Assembly: GCA_019058295.1 (NCBI GenBank)
Contig: JAHPZI010000019.1
Span: 1-64,000 of the forward strand
Origin: Promethearchaeota archaeon
GTDB taxonomy: Archaea; Asgardarchaeota; Lokiarchaeia; Sigyniarchaeales; SOKP01
Length of the DNA stretch: 64,000 nt
Direction: 5' to 3'
Part shown: piece after piece, positions 9,609 to 19,921 of the stretch
Layout of the letters: every line of letters begins with the position of its first letter
Numbering within the stretch: the stretch's first letter is position 1
Made by a program: the position numbers and the translations under genes
The notes under the pieces: generated by a model
The model's input: the letters and a program-made list of their open reading frames with translations, nothing else
What the model was told of the DNA's origin: nothing
The model's database searches: none

Positions 9609-11051
9609 TTAATTCAAGCCTCCTACAGTTATATCTTCTGCGCGAATATATGGTCCTCCATCGCAAACTCGGACGCTTTGACCTCCTTTACCACACATTC
9701 CGTCACTATAGCTAATATCTTTTCCAATTGCAGAAATTCTATTTAGAACTTCTAAAGTCATACCAGAAAGCGAAACATCTCTCATCAATTCCTTCTTTTC
9801 TCCATTCTCAATTTTATAAGACATTTTACATTTGAATTGGAAGTTACCTGTAGATGGGTCACAATATCCATACTGAAAATCCTCGCAAAGTATTCCATTT
9901 TGAGTACTTTCAATCATTTCTTCCAAATTCCAATCCTTCGGTTCGAGGATCGTTATTCCCATACGAACTTGAGGTCTTGAACTATTTGAAGTAGCTCTAC
10001 CATGACCATTTGGAGGAAAATCCATTCTTGAAGAGGTTTCTATACTATGTAAATAGCTTTTCAAAATACCTTTTTCGATTATCACAGTCTTTTGGGAAGG
10101 GATCCCCTCGTCATCTATAAAATAACTTCCATATAATTCATATGGTATACTAAACTTTTTACCCTGTCCCATAGTTGGATTATCCAAAATGTTTATATCC
10201 TCACCAGCTACTTTTTCACCAAGCCGCCCCTCTAATATGCTTTCTTTATTTAAAACAATATCAGCTTCGCAAGCATGACCAAAAGCTTCGTGTATAAAAG
10301 TCCCCGTTAATTTTGGATCCATTATAACCGTAAATTTACCACCAACAGGAGATTTTGCATCTAATAATTGAATCGCTTCACTTGCTGTTTTATTACTTAA
10401 ATTATTAGCTTCTTCAGTATCAATAATTTCAAAACCACCAAGACCACCAATTGAATTGACAGCTCTTTGAAGAATTCCATTTTTTTGTGCAAATACTAAA
10501 TTAAATAATCTAATAACTGTTAAATCTTGATAAATTGAGCTCCCAAAGGAATTTAAAAATATATTATGTGATTGTCCATCAACGTAAAAAGTACGCGTGT
10601 TCTTTATATCTGAAGAATAATTAGACGCAATTTTTTCGTGAAATTTAACTCTCTCTATTTTTTCTTCAATACTAATATCTTCTAATTTCTTCTTGTTACT
10701 AATCTTGAATTTTTTAATGAGCGGATCTCTTTCTCTAATCTTAAATTTATCCTTACATAAAGATTCTGATAATTTGGCTAACTTAATTGCTTTTATAAAT
10801 CCATTTTTTATAGATTTTTTAGTGATTTCTTTGAGAACTGTGAATCCCCATCCTCCATTTACAAAAGTCCTTATTCCACACTCACTAATATTGAAAGAGG
10901 AGATTTCCTTGCTCTTCTGGTCTGTAAAATCCAAACTTGCCCCAGTACTAATGCCAGCTCTAATATCCCAATATTGGATTTTATCTTCTATTTGCCTTAA
11001 TTCCTTAATAAGGTTATCGTCAAATATTTTTAATTCATCAATACCTTCCAT
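9609..11051 (-). CDS. tldD: TldD family metalloprotease
   Basis: HEAFGHACEAD, IDDEG, NGHGR and GMCGKGGQ motifs. Confidence 0.92.
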   Translation of the reverse strand: MEGIDELKIFDDNLIKELRQIEDKIQYWDIRAGISTGASLDFTDQKSKEISSFNISECGIRTFVNGGWGFTVLKEITKKSIKNGFIKAIKLAKLSESLCKDKFKIRERDPLIKKFKISNKKKLEDISIEEKIERVKFHEKIASNYSSDIKNTRTFYVDGQSHNIFLNSFGSSIYQDLTVIRLFNLVFAQKNGILQRAVNSIGGLGGFEIIDTEEANNLSNKTASEAIQLLDAKSPVGGKFTVIMDPKLTGTFIHEAFGHACEADIVLNKESILEGRLGEKVAGEDINILDNPTMGQGKKFSIPYELYGSYFIDDEGIPSQKTVIIEKGILKSYLHSIETSSRMDFPPNGHGRATSNSSRPQVRMGITILEPKDWNLEEMIESTQNGILCEDFQYGYCDPSTGNFQFKCKMSYKIENGEKKELMRDVSLSGMTLEVLNRISAIGKDISYSDGMCGKGGQSVRVCDGGPYIRAEDITVGGLN

Positions 11052-11195
11052 ATTTATTGTCGTTTAGCATATTATAATATTTTATCTATTTAGTAGAAAA
11101 AAATAATACAAATTCAAGAATAAAGACTTCTCTTTGAACTTTTATAGAAAAAATAGTTTAAATATTTCTGGTTTTAGAAAATAATCTTCTAGTTA

Positions 11196-11435
11196 TTATA
11201 TTCTGTTCAGATTAACGTATTTTAAAAGATTCTCGTTCTCCCTTCTCTTCTTCAATTCTTTTATTATATCAATTGCATTACTTATCGAACATGTTTTTGA
11301 GAATTTAGTTGACTTTTGAAATTGGAATGAATGATGACACTTCCAACACTTCTTAGTTTTTATAATTTTATTTGTATAGTACCACTCGCCGCAACGGTAA
11401 CATCGAAAAAAATAATACTTTTGAATATTTTGCAT
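11196..11435 (-). CDS. Small zinc-ribbon protein (DUF1922-like)
   Basis: YYFFRCYRCG...KTKKCWKC. Start taken at ATG 11435. Confidence 0.6.
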   Translation of the reverse strand: MQNIQKYYFFRCYRCGEWYYTNKIIKTKKCWKCHHSFQFQKSTKFSKTCSISNAIDIIKELKKRRENENLLKYVNLNRI

Positions 11436-11518
11436 CTTTAGCAATTTATTACAAAGACACAAATTATAAAACTGAGAGTAGTAGAAAGATTTTCTGATTT
11501 TTTTAGGTTTTAGATTAG

Positions 11519-11779
11519 TTAAAGTGGGAAGTTTTTTTCAGCATCGATCTCGTCGAATTTCAACTCACGCAGTCGCATCCTGACTTCACGAGGGGGATTA
11601 GATTGCTTTAAAATCTTTATGATATTTTCGTTTAGAGCTTTTAAATTGTCAATGGCCGCTTCATAAAAAAAGTCCTTTTTACTGATTTTTATATTAATTA
11701 TTTCATGCAAACCTGTTATAGACTCTCTAACATTTTCATAACTTTTCATCGCGTCTTCCAGTTTTTTTATATCGACCAT
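11519..11779 (-). CDS. Hypothetical helical protein
   Basis: 86 aa ORF with ATG start and typical composition, co-oriented with its neighbours. Confidence 0.6.
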   Translation of the reverse strand: MVDIKKLEDAMKSYENVRESITGLHEIINIKISKKDFFYEAAIDNLKALNENIIKILKQSNPPREVRMRLRELKFDEIDAEKNFPL

Positions 11780-12276
11780 TTTTTAATAACTTCTAAATTT
11801 TTTAAAAATATTAATTCTTGTGATTAACATATAAAACACAATATTTAAAAACGATCATTTTATTATTGTTCTCGTCGTACGAACGCACAATCCCAGAATC
11901 ACAATGTTGGATCTCATACATCTTTCTTTAATATATAATTATTTTTGAACACATGTGAAGTCTTTTATGATTAAATTCATCAAAAATGTATCTTTATTAC
12001 TATAAAATAAATAAATAATTAGGATAACTATCACTTGAAGGCAAAATTTTTTTTAAAAACATAAAAAAAAAATCATAAAATAACCAATAGAATTAGAGCA
12101 GAGGAGTGCCACGGTTTAATTTCTTTAAATTCTAATGCTATTTATTTTTGGAGAATTAATTGAACCAATCTAATATCTTTTACATATAGTATTTGATATC
12201 ACCTTTTTAATAAAAAGTATAATATTAAATCTTTAATTATTTTCAATTAGGAAGAGACGAAAAAGTGAAATAAGAA

Positions 12277-13629
12277 ATGGATCATAAATTTATAAGTCCA
12301 ATTGAAACGCGTTATAGAACTGAAATAGCTGAATTATTTGCAGAAGAGGAAAAATTAAAAAATTGGATGAAGGTTGAAACTGTTTTAGCAAAAGTTCACG
12401 AAAAATTAGGAAACATTCCTAAAGGAGCGGCTCAAAAAATAGATGAAGCAAGAGTAAAAGTAAAATTAGAGAGGGTAAAAGAAATTGACAAAGAAATTCA
12501 TCATGATTTAATGGCAATGGTAAAAGCTTTAGCAGAGCAATGTGAAGGAGATGCTGGTAAATACATTCATTTAGGGGCAACTAGTTATGATATTGAGGAT
12601 ACAGCCATTGCTTTACAATTAAAGGAAGCATTAAATTATGTCAATAATTCGCTGAAAATCTTATTAAAAGAGTTAGTTCGATTAATGGAAGATAAAAAAG
12701 AACTTGTTTGCATTGGACGTACACATGGACAACACGCAATTCCAACAACATATGGGATGCGATTTGGAGTATGGGCTTATGAGATCGACAGACATATAGA
12801 TCGTATTTCCGAAACTTTGGAGCGAATTTCATATGGAAAAATGTCTGGTGCTGTTGGAACTATGGCTAGTTTTGGTGTAAAGGGCATTGAACTACAAAAC
12901 GAAGTCATGAAAGAATTAAATCTAAATCCTGAAATGATTGCAAATCAAGTTGTTCAAAGGGATCGTCATGCGGAAGTAATCTTATTGACAGCTTTAATTG
13001 GACAAACATTAGCTAAAATCGCAAGAGAGATCCGTGTATTACAAAGAAATGAAATAGCAGAAATATTTGAACCATTTAAGAAAGGACAAGTAGGAAGTTC
13101 GACAATGCCTCATAAAAGAAACCCTCACAAATCGGAACGAATTTGTAGTTTAGCAAGAGTGGTAAAATCTAACATAATTCCCGCGTTAGATAATATGGTT
13201 TTAGAGGATGAACGTGATTTAACAAATTCAGCCTCAGAGAGAGTCATATTTGCCGAAAATTTCGTATTTTTAGATTTTATGATAAACGAATTAACGAAAA
13301 TTCTTCAAGGTCTCGAATTTGACGAAGAAAAAATAGAGGAAAACCTCAATCTTACAAAAGGCGCTTGCTTGGCTGAAAAAATTATGGTGGAATTAGTTAA
13401 TAAAGGACTTGGGAGACAAGAAGGGCATGAAATTTTAAGGCAAGCGGCAATAAAGGCCCGAAATGAGAACTTATATATGAAAGATATTTTAATAGAAGAT
13501 AAAAAAATTAAGAATTTATTTTCAAAAGAAGAATTAGATGAAATATTAGACCCTCATAAATATATTGGGAAAGCAATTGAACAAACAGAAAATTTAATAA
13601 AATTTCTGAAAAATAAATATAAAGATTAA
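12277..13629 (+). CDS. purB: Adenylosuccinate lyase
   Basis: HLGATSYD, GRTHGQHA and GSSTMPHKRNP signatures. Confidence 0.96.
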   Translation: MDHKFISPIETRYRTEIAELFAEEEKLKNWMKVETVLAKVHEKLGNIPKGAAQKIDEARVKVKLERVKEIDKEIHHDLMAMVKALAEQCEGDAGKYIHLGATSYDIEDTAIALQLKEALNYVNNSLKILLKELVRLMEDKKELVCIGRTHGQHAIPTTYGMRFGVWAYEIDRHIDRISETLERISYGKMSGAVGTMASFGVKGIELQNEVMKELNLNPEMIANQVVQRDRHAEVILLTALIGQTLAKIAREIRVLQRNEIAEIFEPFKKGQVGSSTMPHKRNPHKSERICSLARVVKSNIIPALDNMVLEDERDLTNSASERVIFAENFVFLDFMINELTKILQGLEFDEEKIEENLNLTKGACLAEKIMVELVNKGLGRQEGHEILRQAAIKARNENLYMKDILIEDKKIKNLFSKEELDEILDPHKYIGKAIEQTENLIKFLKNKYKD

Positions 13630-13630
13630 G

Positions 13631-14815
13631 ATGCCTGATAATAATAATCTTTATTCTAAATTAGGCGTGTCATCTAAAAAAGAGGATGTTCATAAAGCAA
13701 TTGAAAAGTTAGATAAAGGGCTATTCCCTGGTGCTTTTTGTAAAATAATGCCTTTTGATATTTCTGGAAGACCAGAATTTTGTTCAATATTTCATGCAGA
13801 TGGAGCCGGAACAAAATCCAGTTTAGCATACATGTATTACAAAGAAACAGGAGATATATCTGTGTTTAAAGGTATCGTCAGAGATGCTATGGTAATGAAT
13901 ATTGACGATTTATTATGTGTAGGTGCTACAGGAAATATTTACTTCTCAAATAACCTTGGAAGAAATAGGAACTTTATAAAAGGAGATATAGTTGCAACAA
14001 TTATACAAGAGTACTATGCGTATAGTGAAAAATTAACCTCGCTTGGATTACCAGTAACGATTTGCGGAGGGGAAACTGCTGATATTGGAGATTTAGTTAA
14101 AACCCTTGTTGTTGACGCATCAGCATTCACATTTATGAAAAAAGAAAATGTAATTGACGCAAGTAATATTAGGGCTGACGATGTTGTTGTGGGTTTAGCT
14201 AGTTTTGGAAAAGCTTCATATGAAGAAGAATACAATAGCGGGATTGGAAGTAATGGATTGACATTAGCGCGACACGGCACACTCTCTCATGAGTATAATG
14301 AAAAGTATCCAGAATGTTATGATCAGAATCTTGACGAGAAATATGTTTTTTATGGCAAACATAAGTTAACAGATATGATTGATGAGATTAATTTAAGCAT
14401 AGGAAAAGCTTTATTATCGCCGACAAGAACATATACTCCAGTGATCATAGATATTTTAAAGAATTACAGAAAAGAAATTCACGGAATAATTCATAACACT
14501 GGTGGAGGCCAAACTAAAATATTAAACTTTGGACATGGTATAAAATATATCAAAAATAATCTTTTTATGATTCCGAAAATATTTGAAATTATTCAGAAAT
14601 CGTCTGAAATCAATTGGAAAGAGATGTATAGCGTATTTAATATGGGTCATAGAATGGAACTCTTATGCAACGAATCAATAGCACAAGAGATTATTCAAAT
14701 TGCGAAAAAATTTAATATTGACTCTAAAATTATAGGACATTGTGAAAAATCCCCTACAAAAGGTAAAAATGTTTTAGAAATAAAGTCTGAATTTGGTACT
14801 TATAATTATGATTAG
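13631..14815 (+). CDS. purM: Phosphoribosylformylglycinamidine cyclo-ligase (AIR synthetase), long type
   Basis: HADGAGTK, MNIDDL, GGETAD, SNGLTLARH, HNTGGG, VFNMG. Confidence 0.9.
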   Translation: MPDNNNLYSKLGVSSKKEDVHKAIEKLDKGLFPGAFCKIMPFDISGRPEFCSIFHADGAGTKSSLAYMYYKETGDISVFKGIVRDAMVMNIDDLLCVGATGNIYFSNNLGRNRNFIKGDIVATIIQEYYAYSEKLTSLGLPVTICGGETADIGDLVKTLVVDASAFTFMKKENVIDASNIRADDVVVGLASFGKASYEEEYNSGIGSNGLTLARHGTLSHEYNEKYPECYDQNLDEKYVFYGKHKLTDMIDEINLSIGKALLSPTRTYTPVIIDILKNYRKEIHGIIHNTGGGQTKILNFGHGIKYIKNNLFMIPKIFEIIQKSSEINWKEMYSVFNMGHRMELLCNESIAQEIIQIAKKFNIDSKIIGHCEKSPTKGKNVLEIKSEFGTYNYD

Positions 14816-14829
14816 GGGATTAAAAAGTT

Positions 14830-15783
14830 ATGAAAGATTTAGATGTTATTTGTATAGGTGCGGCTCTCGTTGACATGGTCGCCAAAGTAGAGAGGCATCC
14901 TCTAAATGATGATGAAGTTTTTGTATCAGATTTAAAGTTATTATCAGGAGGAGCCGCTGCTAATACTGCCTATGCCTGTGCTAAATTAGGATTAAAAACC
15001 GCATTCATCGGAAAATTAGGACCTCATGATGGATTTAGCGATAAAATCATCAACGATTTTAAAGATGTGTCTTTAGATACTTCGTTAATAAAATATTCCA
15101 GTGAACAGGGGACAGGTTCAGCATATGTAGCTTTAAATCCTCAGGGTGATCGGAGAATTTATGCTCATAGTGGTGCGGCAAATTTCCTTTCTAAGGAAGA
15201 TATTGTATTAAAAGAGATAACAAGAGCTAAGATAATTTATTTAAGTAGTTTAAAAAATTTGGAACCCTTAATTAAAGCTGCTGAAATTGCTAGAAAAAGC
15301 GATATTACTGTTATTTTAAATCCAGGTATGTTGATAATTGACCAAGAACTCGATAATATAAAACCATTACTCGAAAAAATTGATATACTCATATTGTCCC
15401 AAACAGAGTATATATCGCTATTGAACATTCAAGAACCAGAATTGAATGAGAAAATCATTTTAGAATCCTCAAATACTCTTTCAAAGTTAGGCATCAAAGT
15501 AATTATTATTACAATGGGTAGTAAAGGAGCCTTCCTAATGAATAGAAAAGAATCAACAATAATTTCAGCAAGTAAAATTGGAGATGTAGTTGATACTACC
15601 GGGGCAGGCGATGCTTTTTCAGCAGGTTTTATTTACAAATTCGTTCAAGATTTAAGTTATGACTTTGAGCAACTTAAATTCAATGTGGAATTTGGCAATC
15701 TTATTGCTGGAAAGTGTATCCAAAAGTTAGGTGCCAGAAACGGAATTCCTACAAATAAAGAACTAATAGGTTTTCTTGATTAA
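14830..15783 (+). CDS. PfkB-family carbohydrate/nucleoside kinase
   Basis: GGAAANTA and DTTGAGDAF motifs. Confidence 0.92.
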   Translation: MKDLDVICIGAALVDMVAKVERHPLNDDEVFVSDLKLLSGGAAANTAYACAKLGLKTAFIGKLGPHDGFSDKIINDFKDVSLDTSLIKYSSEQGTGSAYVALNPQGDRRIYAHSGAANFLSKEDIVLKEITRAKIIYLSSLKNLEPLIKAAEIARKSDITVILNPGMLIIDQELDNIKPLLEKIDILILSQTEYISLLNIQEPELNEKIILESSNTLSKLGIKVIIITMGSKGAFLMNRKESTIISASKIGDVVDTTGAGDAFSAGFIYKFVQDLSYDFEQLKFNVEFGNLIAGKCIQKLGARNGIPTNKELIGFLD

Positions 15784-15860
15784 AATCAAATAAAAAAGTT
15801 TATAATTTCTTAAATTAATAATTCTTTATTTAGAATAATTGCGTTTGAATTAAAGCTACA

Positions 15861-16925
15861 ATGGAGACAAGTAATAATACAAAGAAAAAAATTGTGGTTG
15901 ATAGGGGGAGATTCGTTCTTGAAGTCATGATAGTTTTTTTCGGAATCTGTCTGTTTATGATTATTCCTTTCTTTATCTTACCCTCGCTTATTGATAAAAA
16001 ATCTATTTTATATGGTCCGTTATATTATTTATTAAGAGCACTGGGGATTTTAATTGCGATTCCTATATTGTTGTTTCTTCTAAATAAAATTATAGATTCA
16101 CAGAAAAATAACGTTATTGTGGAGGATGACTCGAGCCCTGTTTCAAGGTTTTTAAACCTTTACTCTGTTACTGGAGGAGACTTTAAAGAACAATTGTTAT
16201 ATGGGATTTTAATTTTATTTATAGTTTTCATACCATTAGATTTTCTTACTTATTTTTTAATTCCTGAAATGCTTGAATTCACAGGCAACGTCTTATCAAC
16301 ACAAGCAACAGATGCTTACTTATTACGGGGGTATTTTGTTTTTCTCTTTTCAGTTATAATAATTCAAATTAGTGTTGCGATATACGAAGAATCTCTCACA
16401 AGAGGATTTTTAACAATGAGAGGTGGTGAATATTTTCATAAAATATCCGCTGTAATTATATCCTCTTTATACTTTGGTCTAATGCACTTCCTCTATTTCT
16501 TTCATCCCATCAGTAGAAATTATCCTGTTTGGTTCCCGCTTATATGGTTTCTACAGACTTTTATTGTTGGAATAATGTTATCTATTTTAATTGTAAAAAA
16601 GAAAAGAATTTGGCCGGTAATTCTTGCTCATGCATTAAACAATATAATATCTGCACACGCCGTATGGAATTATCTTCAAGGTAACGATTTTAGTTTAGTA
16701 GCAATTTACCTCTATCTTCCATTATTAATAATCAGTGCGGTTTTGTTTATAATTTATCTTCCAAGGATTAAGCAAGGAATATCAACGGGATTTAAAGAGT
16801 TTAAAACATACTTCAAAAAAGACGGACTCATTGGAGAGTCAAAAAGCGATTTTTATTTTCGCGTTTTTTTTGATTTTTTAATAGGGTTATTGATTTTAAT
16901 TATAGGGCTTTTTTTTCTGATATAA
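15861..16925 (+). CDS. CPBP (CAAX/Abi-type) intramembrane glutamic protease
   Basis: Multi-TM protein with EESLTRG (EExxxR), FGLMH (FxxxH) and HALNN (HxxxN). Confidence 0.85.
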   Translation: METSNNTKKKIVVDRGRFVLEVMIVFFGICLFMIIPFFILPSLIDKKSILYGPLYYLLRALGILIAIPILLFLLNKIIDSQKNNVIVEDDSSPVSRFLNLYSVTGGDFKEQLLYGILILFIVFIPLDFLTYFLIPEMLEFTGNVLSTQATDAYLLRGYFVFLFSVIIIQISVAIYEESLTRGFLTMRGGEYFHKISAVIISSLYFGLMHFLYFFHPISRNYPVWFPLIWFLQTFIVGIMLSILIVKKKRIWPVILAHALNNIISAHAVWNYLQGNDFSLVAIYLYLPLLIISAVLFIIYLPRIKQGISTGFKEFKTYFKKDGLIGESKSDFYFRVFFDFLIGLLILIIGLFFLI

Positions 16926-16939
16926 AGGAGGTATAATTA

Positions 16940-17467
16940 ATGGTTAAATTTGGCATCATTTCTGACACACACATTAAAAAAAACGATGAACCTGAAAAAA
17001 TTTTGGCTTTATTAGAACAATTACGACTAGCTTTTAAAGATGTTGACGAAATAATTCACGCAGGTGATGTATGCGACGAAATTTTTTTAGAAAAATTAAA
17101 TGAAATAGCTCCTACAAAATGCGTAAAAGGAAACATGGATAAAATTAAACATCTAGAAGATTTCATTAGATTTTCCGTTGGTAGATATAACATTGGTGTT
17201 ATTCATGAATTGCCTGAAAATGTTGAAAATTTTTGTAAAGAAAATAATATTAACATACTGATTCATGCACATACCCATATCTGTAAGATAGAAGGGACTA
17301 AATTTAATACTTTAATTTTAAATCCCGGTTCTCCAACAAAACCAAAACCTCCCCCTCAGAAAAGAGGATTTGAAAAGCCCCTAGCAAGACCTAGCGTAAT
17401 TCTCTTAGAGATTGATGAAAATGACATTCTAAAAACATTTGTAGTTAACCTTAATTTAAAGATTTAA
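16940..17467 (+). CDS. YfcE/Vps29-like metallophosphoesterase
   Basis: SDTH, HAGD, GNMD, HTH, LNPGS; SD GGAGGT upstream. Confidence 0.88.
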   Translation: MVKFGIISDTHIKKNDEPEKILALLEQLRLAFKDVDEIIHAGDVCDEIFLEKLNEIAPTKCVKGNMDKIKHLEDFIRFSVGRYNIGVIHELPENVENFCKENNINILIHAHTHICKIEGTKFNTLILNPGSPTKPKPPPQKRGFEKPLARPSVILLEIDENDILKTFVVNLNLKI

Positions 17468-17673
17468 TCTATAAATCCGGCAGCCATTTCTGGACATTAT
17501 TATATCCTTGTTCAATCTTTTGGTAAATTAAAAGCGATGGAATAACCGGAGATTATGGTACTTTCGAAATGCTTTGTAAAATTTAATAATTAAATATATA
17601 GAAAAAATAAGTTAATATTAAATATAGTTAATTTCTTATTATACTAAGAAAATAAAAGCGAGGTATTCAAAAT

Positions 17674-18069
17674 ATGGTTTCAAGATTAGAAATGGTTCTC
17701 AAAGAATTAAACGAAAATGGAAATTTTCGAGCATCCCTCTTTTCTACCTCGACAGGACTTGTCTTAGCATCACAGAAAGATGAAGATGTTGACGAAAGAG
17801 TAGTCGCAGCAATGGGATCACTGTTAAGTGATGCTGCTATAAAGGCCGCAGAAGAAATGGATTTGAGTGAGCCCACAGTTATGAAAATCTTCTATAAGAA
17901 GGATTTTATTATATGTAAAAATATTGCAATTAATAGTGATACATCATTTTTATTGGCAGTTCTTTCAAAATTACCTGATTCCGATGAAGTGGAAAAATAT
18001 ATAGACCAATTGCTTCAATGGGCCATGGATAACAGTCTAGATGATTTAAAAAAACTTTCAAGTATCTAA
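17674..18069 (+). CDS. Roadblock/LC7 domain protein
   Basis: Helix, ASLFSTSTGLVLAS, then VAAMGSLLSDAA..AAEEM: the roadblock pattern. Confidence 0.8.
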   Translation: MVSRLEMVLKELNENGNFRASLFSTSTGLVLASQKDEDVDERVVAAMGSLLSDAAIKAAEEMDLSEPTVMKIFYKKDFIICKNIAINSDTSFLLAVLSKLPDSDEVEKYIDQLLQWAMDNSLDDLKKLSSI

Positions 18070-18184
18070 TATCTTAATAATTTTTACGTGTCTATTTATT
18101 CCTAATAATTATTTTTCCATATTCTAATTCCTTTTATATTTCATAACTATAACTTATAAAAGTAATAGTTTCGTTTGAAGAATT

Positions 18185-19222
18185 ATGAAGGCTGCTTTTA
18201 TAAATAACCATGGAGATTTGGAACAAATTCAATTTGGAGAACTTGATATTCCTAAGATAGGTCCAAATGAAGTTCTAATTGAGAGTAAATTTAGTGCATT
18301 AAACCACTTAGATATATTTGTTGTAAGGGGATGGCCGGGATTAAAGCTGACTATGCCTCATGTAATCGGAGCTGATGGGTGTGGAGTCATAAAGGAAGTC
18401 GGATCCGCAGTTACAGATGTATCTGAAGGTGATAGAATTACAATTAATCCTGGTATCAGCTGTGGAAAATGTGAAATGTGTCTTTCCGGACAACAAGTGT
18501 TTTGTAGATCATTTTCTATTAAAGGAGAGCATCAATGGGGTACTTTCGCAGAATATTTTAAAATGCCTGAAATTAATGTTTTAAAAATACCCGACGCATA
18601 TCCTTTCGATAAAGCAGCTGCTGCACCATTAACTTTTTTGACTGCATGGAGAATGCTTAGAACACAAGCGAACGTGAAACCTGATGAATTTGTATTTATC
18701 CATGGAGCGGGAGGAGGTGTAGCCACAGCAGCTATACAAATTGCTAAATATTTAGGAGCAAAAGTGATCACAACAACAAGTACATCTGAAAAGATCGAGA
18801 AAGCAAAAGAATTGGGAGCAGATCATGTTATCAATTATAAAGAAATGAAAGATTATAGTAAATATGTTTTTATTGATTTAACAAAAAGACGAGGAATTGA
18901 TGTTGTTATAGATAATGTTGGACAAACTACTTTTCCAACAAGTGTACGCTTATTAAGACCTGGTGGTCGTTTGGTTACATGCGGAGCAACAACAGGACCT
19001 AAAGCAGAAATTATGATCAATCAAATATTTTGGAAACAACTCGAAATAAAAGGGTCAACTATGGCAAATCAAGGTGAATTCCGTGAAGTAATGAAGCTGG
19101 TTTTAGATGGAAAGATAACTCCTATTATTGATAAAATTTTTCCATTAGAACAAGCGAGAGATGCTGAAAAGTATTTAAATGACGCAAACAAGTTTGGAAA
19201 GGTATTATTAAAAATTGATTAA
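18185..19222 (+). CDS. Zinc-binding alcohol dehydrogenase/quinone oxidoreductase (MDR family)
   Basis: Structural Zn site CGKCEMC...C, HGAGGGVA, GRLVTCGATTG. Confidence 0.9.
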   Translation: MKAAFINNHGDLEQIQFGELDIPKIGPNEVLIESKFSALNHLDIFVVRGWPGLKLTMPHVIGADGCGVIKEVGSAVTDVSEGDRITINPGISCGKCEMCLSGQQVFCRSFSIKGEHQWGTFAEYFKMPEINVLKIPDAYPFDKAAAAPLTFLTAWRMLRTQANVKPDEFVFIHGAGGGVATAAIQIAKYLGAKVITTTSTSEKIEKAKELGADHVINYKEMKDYSKYVFIDLTKRRGIDVVIDNVGQTTFPTSVRLLRPGGRLVTCGATTGPKAEIMINQIFWKQLEIKGSTMANQGEFREVMKLVLDGKITPIIDKIFPLEQARDAEKYLNDANKFGKVLLKID

Positions 19223-19228
19223 AATCTT

Positions 19229-19864
19229 TTATAATATTGATTTGAAAAAGTTAAATACTTCAAATGCCACCTCGTCTTCATGTCCCCAATAAAAATGATC
19301 CGCTCCATTAATAATTCTATATTCCTTAGGATCCTGATATGTATCATAGTGAGTTTTAAATTTATCATATCGAGCAATGTCGTCCCTATCACCTTGTAAA
19401 AATAACTTAGGTTTATCAGATTGGGATAGTTTCTTATATTTATGACCCATGAAATCCCATGGAAACGAGATTGCAGCAAATCCAACAATTTTTTCAGAAT
19501 AATTTACAGCTGAACAACCCATTGCTGCTCCATATGAATATCCGCAGATAAAGATTTTCTCAATCTTTTTTTCATTAATTAAAAAATCGACACAAGCTTT
19601 TACATCGCTTATTTCCCCTCTTCCACTTGAGTGTTCTCCGCTTGATTCTCCAACAGCCCTAAAGTTAAATCTTAAACTTGAAATATTATTTTTAATAAAA
19701 ATATTAAAGACTCCTGTAACTACGTTGTTCCACATATTTCCTCCAAACTGCGGATGTGGATGACAGATAATTATTGCTGAATCTTCTACTGTTTTTGATG
19801 GGTAATATTCTGCCTCAAGTTTAATATTTTCATTAATTATAAATATTTTTTCTGTTCCTACCAT
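19229..19864 (-). CDS. Alpha/beta hydrolase
   Basis: CHPHPQFGG, GYSYG nucleophile elbow, GDRD, GADHF. Confidence 0.88.
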   Translation of the reverse strand: MVGTEKIFIINENIKLEAEYYPSKTVEDSAIIICHPHPQFGGNMWNNVVTGVFNIFIKNNISSLRFNFRAVGESSGEHSSGRGEISDVKACVDFLINEKKIEKIFICGYSYGAAMGCSAVNYSEKIVGFAAISFPWDFMGHKYKKLSQSDKPKLFLQGDRDDIARYDKFKTHYDTYQDPKEYRIINGADHFYWGHEDEVAFEVFNFFKSIL

Positions 19865-19921
19865 AATTTTATTTATTTGTTGATCTTATTAAAATTAAGG
19901 CATAAAAGAGTGTTGGGAAGA

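Noticed and set aside
8238-11051. TldD/PmbA as part of a RiPP biosynthetic cluster
   Set aside because: There is no YcaO, radical SAM enzyme or precursor peptide nearby, and the pair is common housekeeping in archaea.
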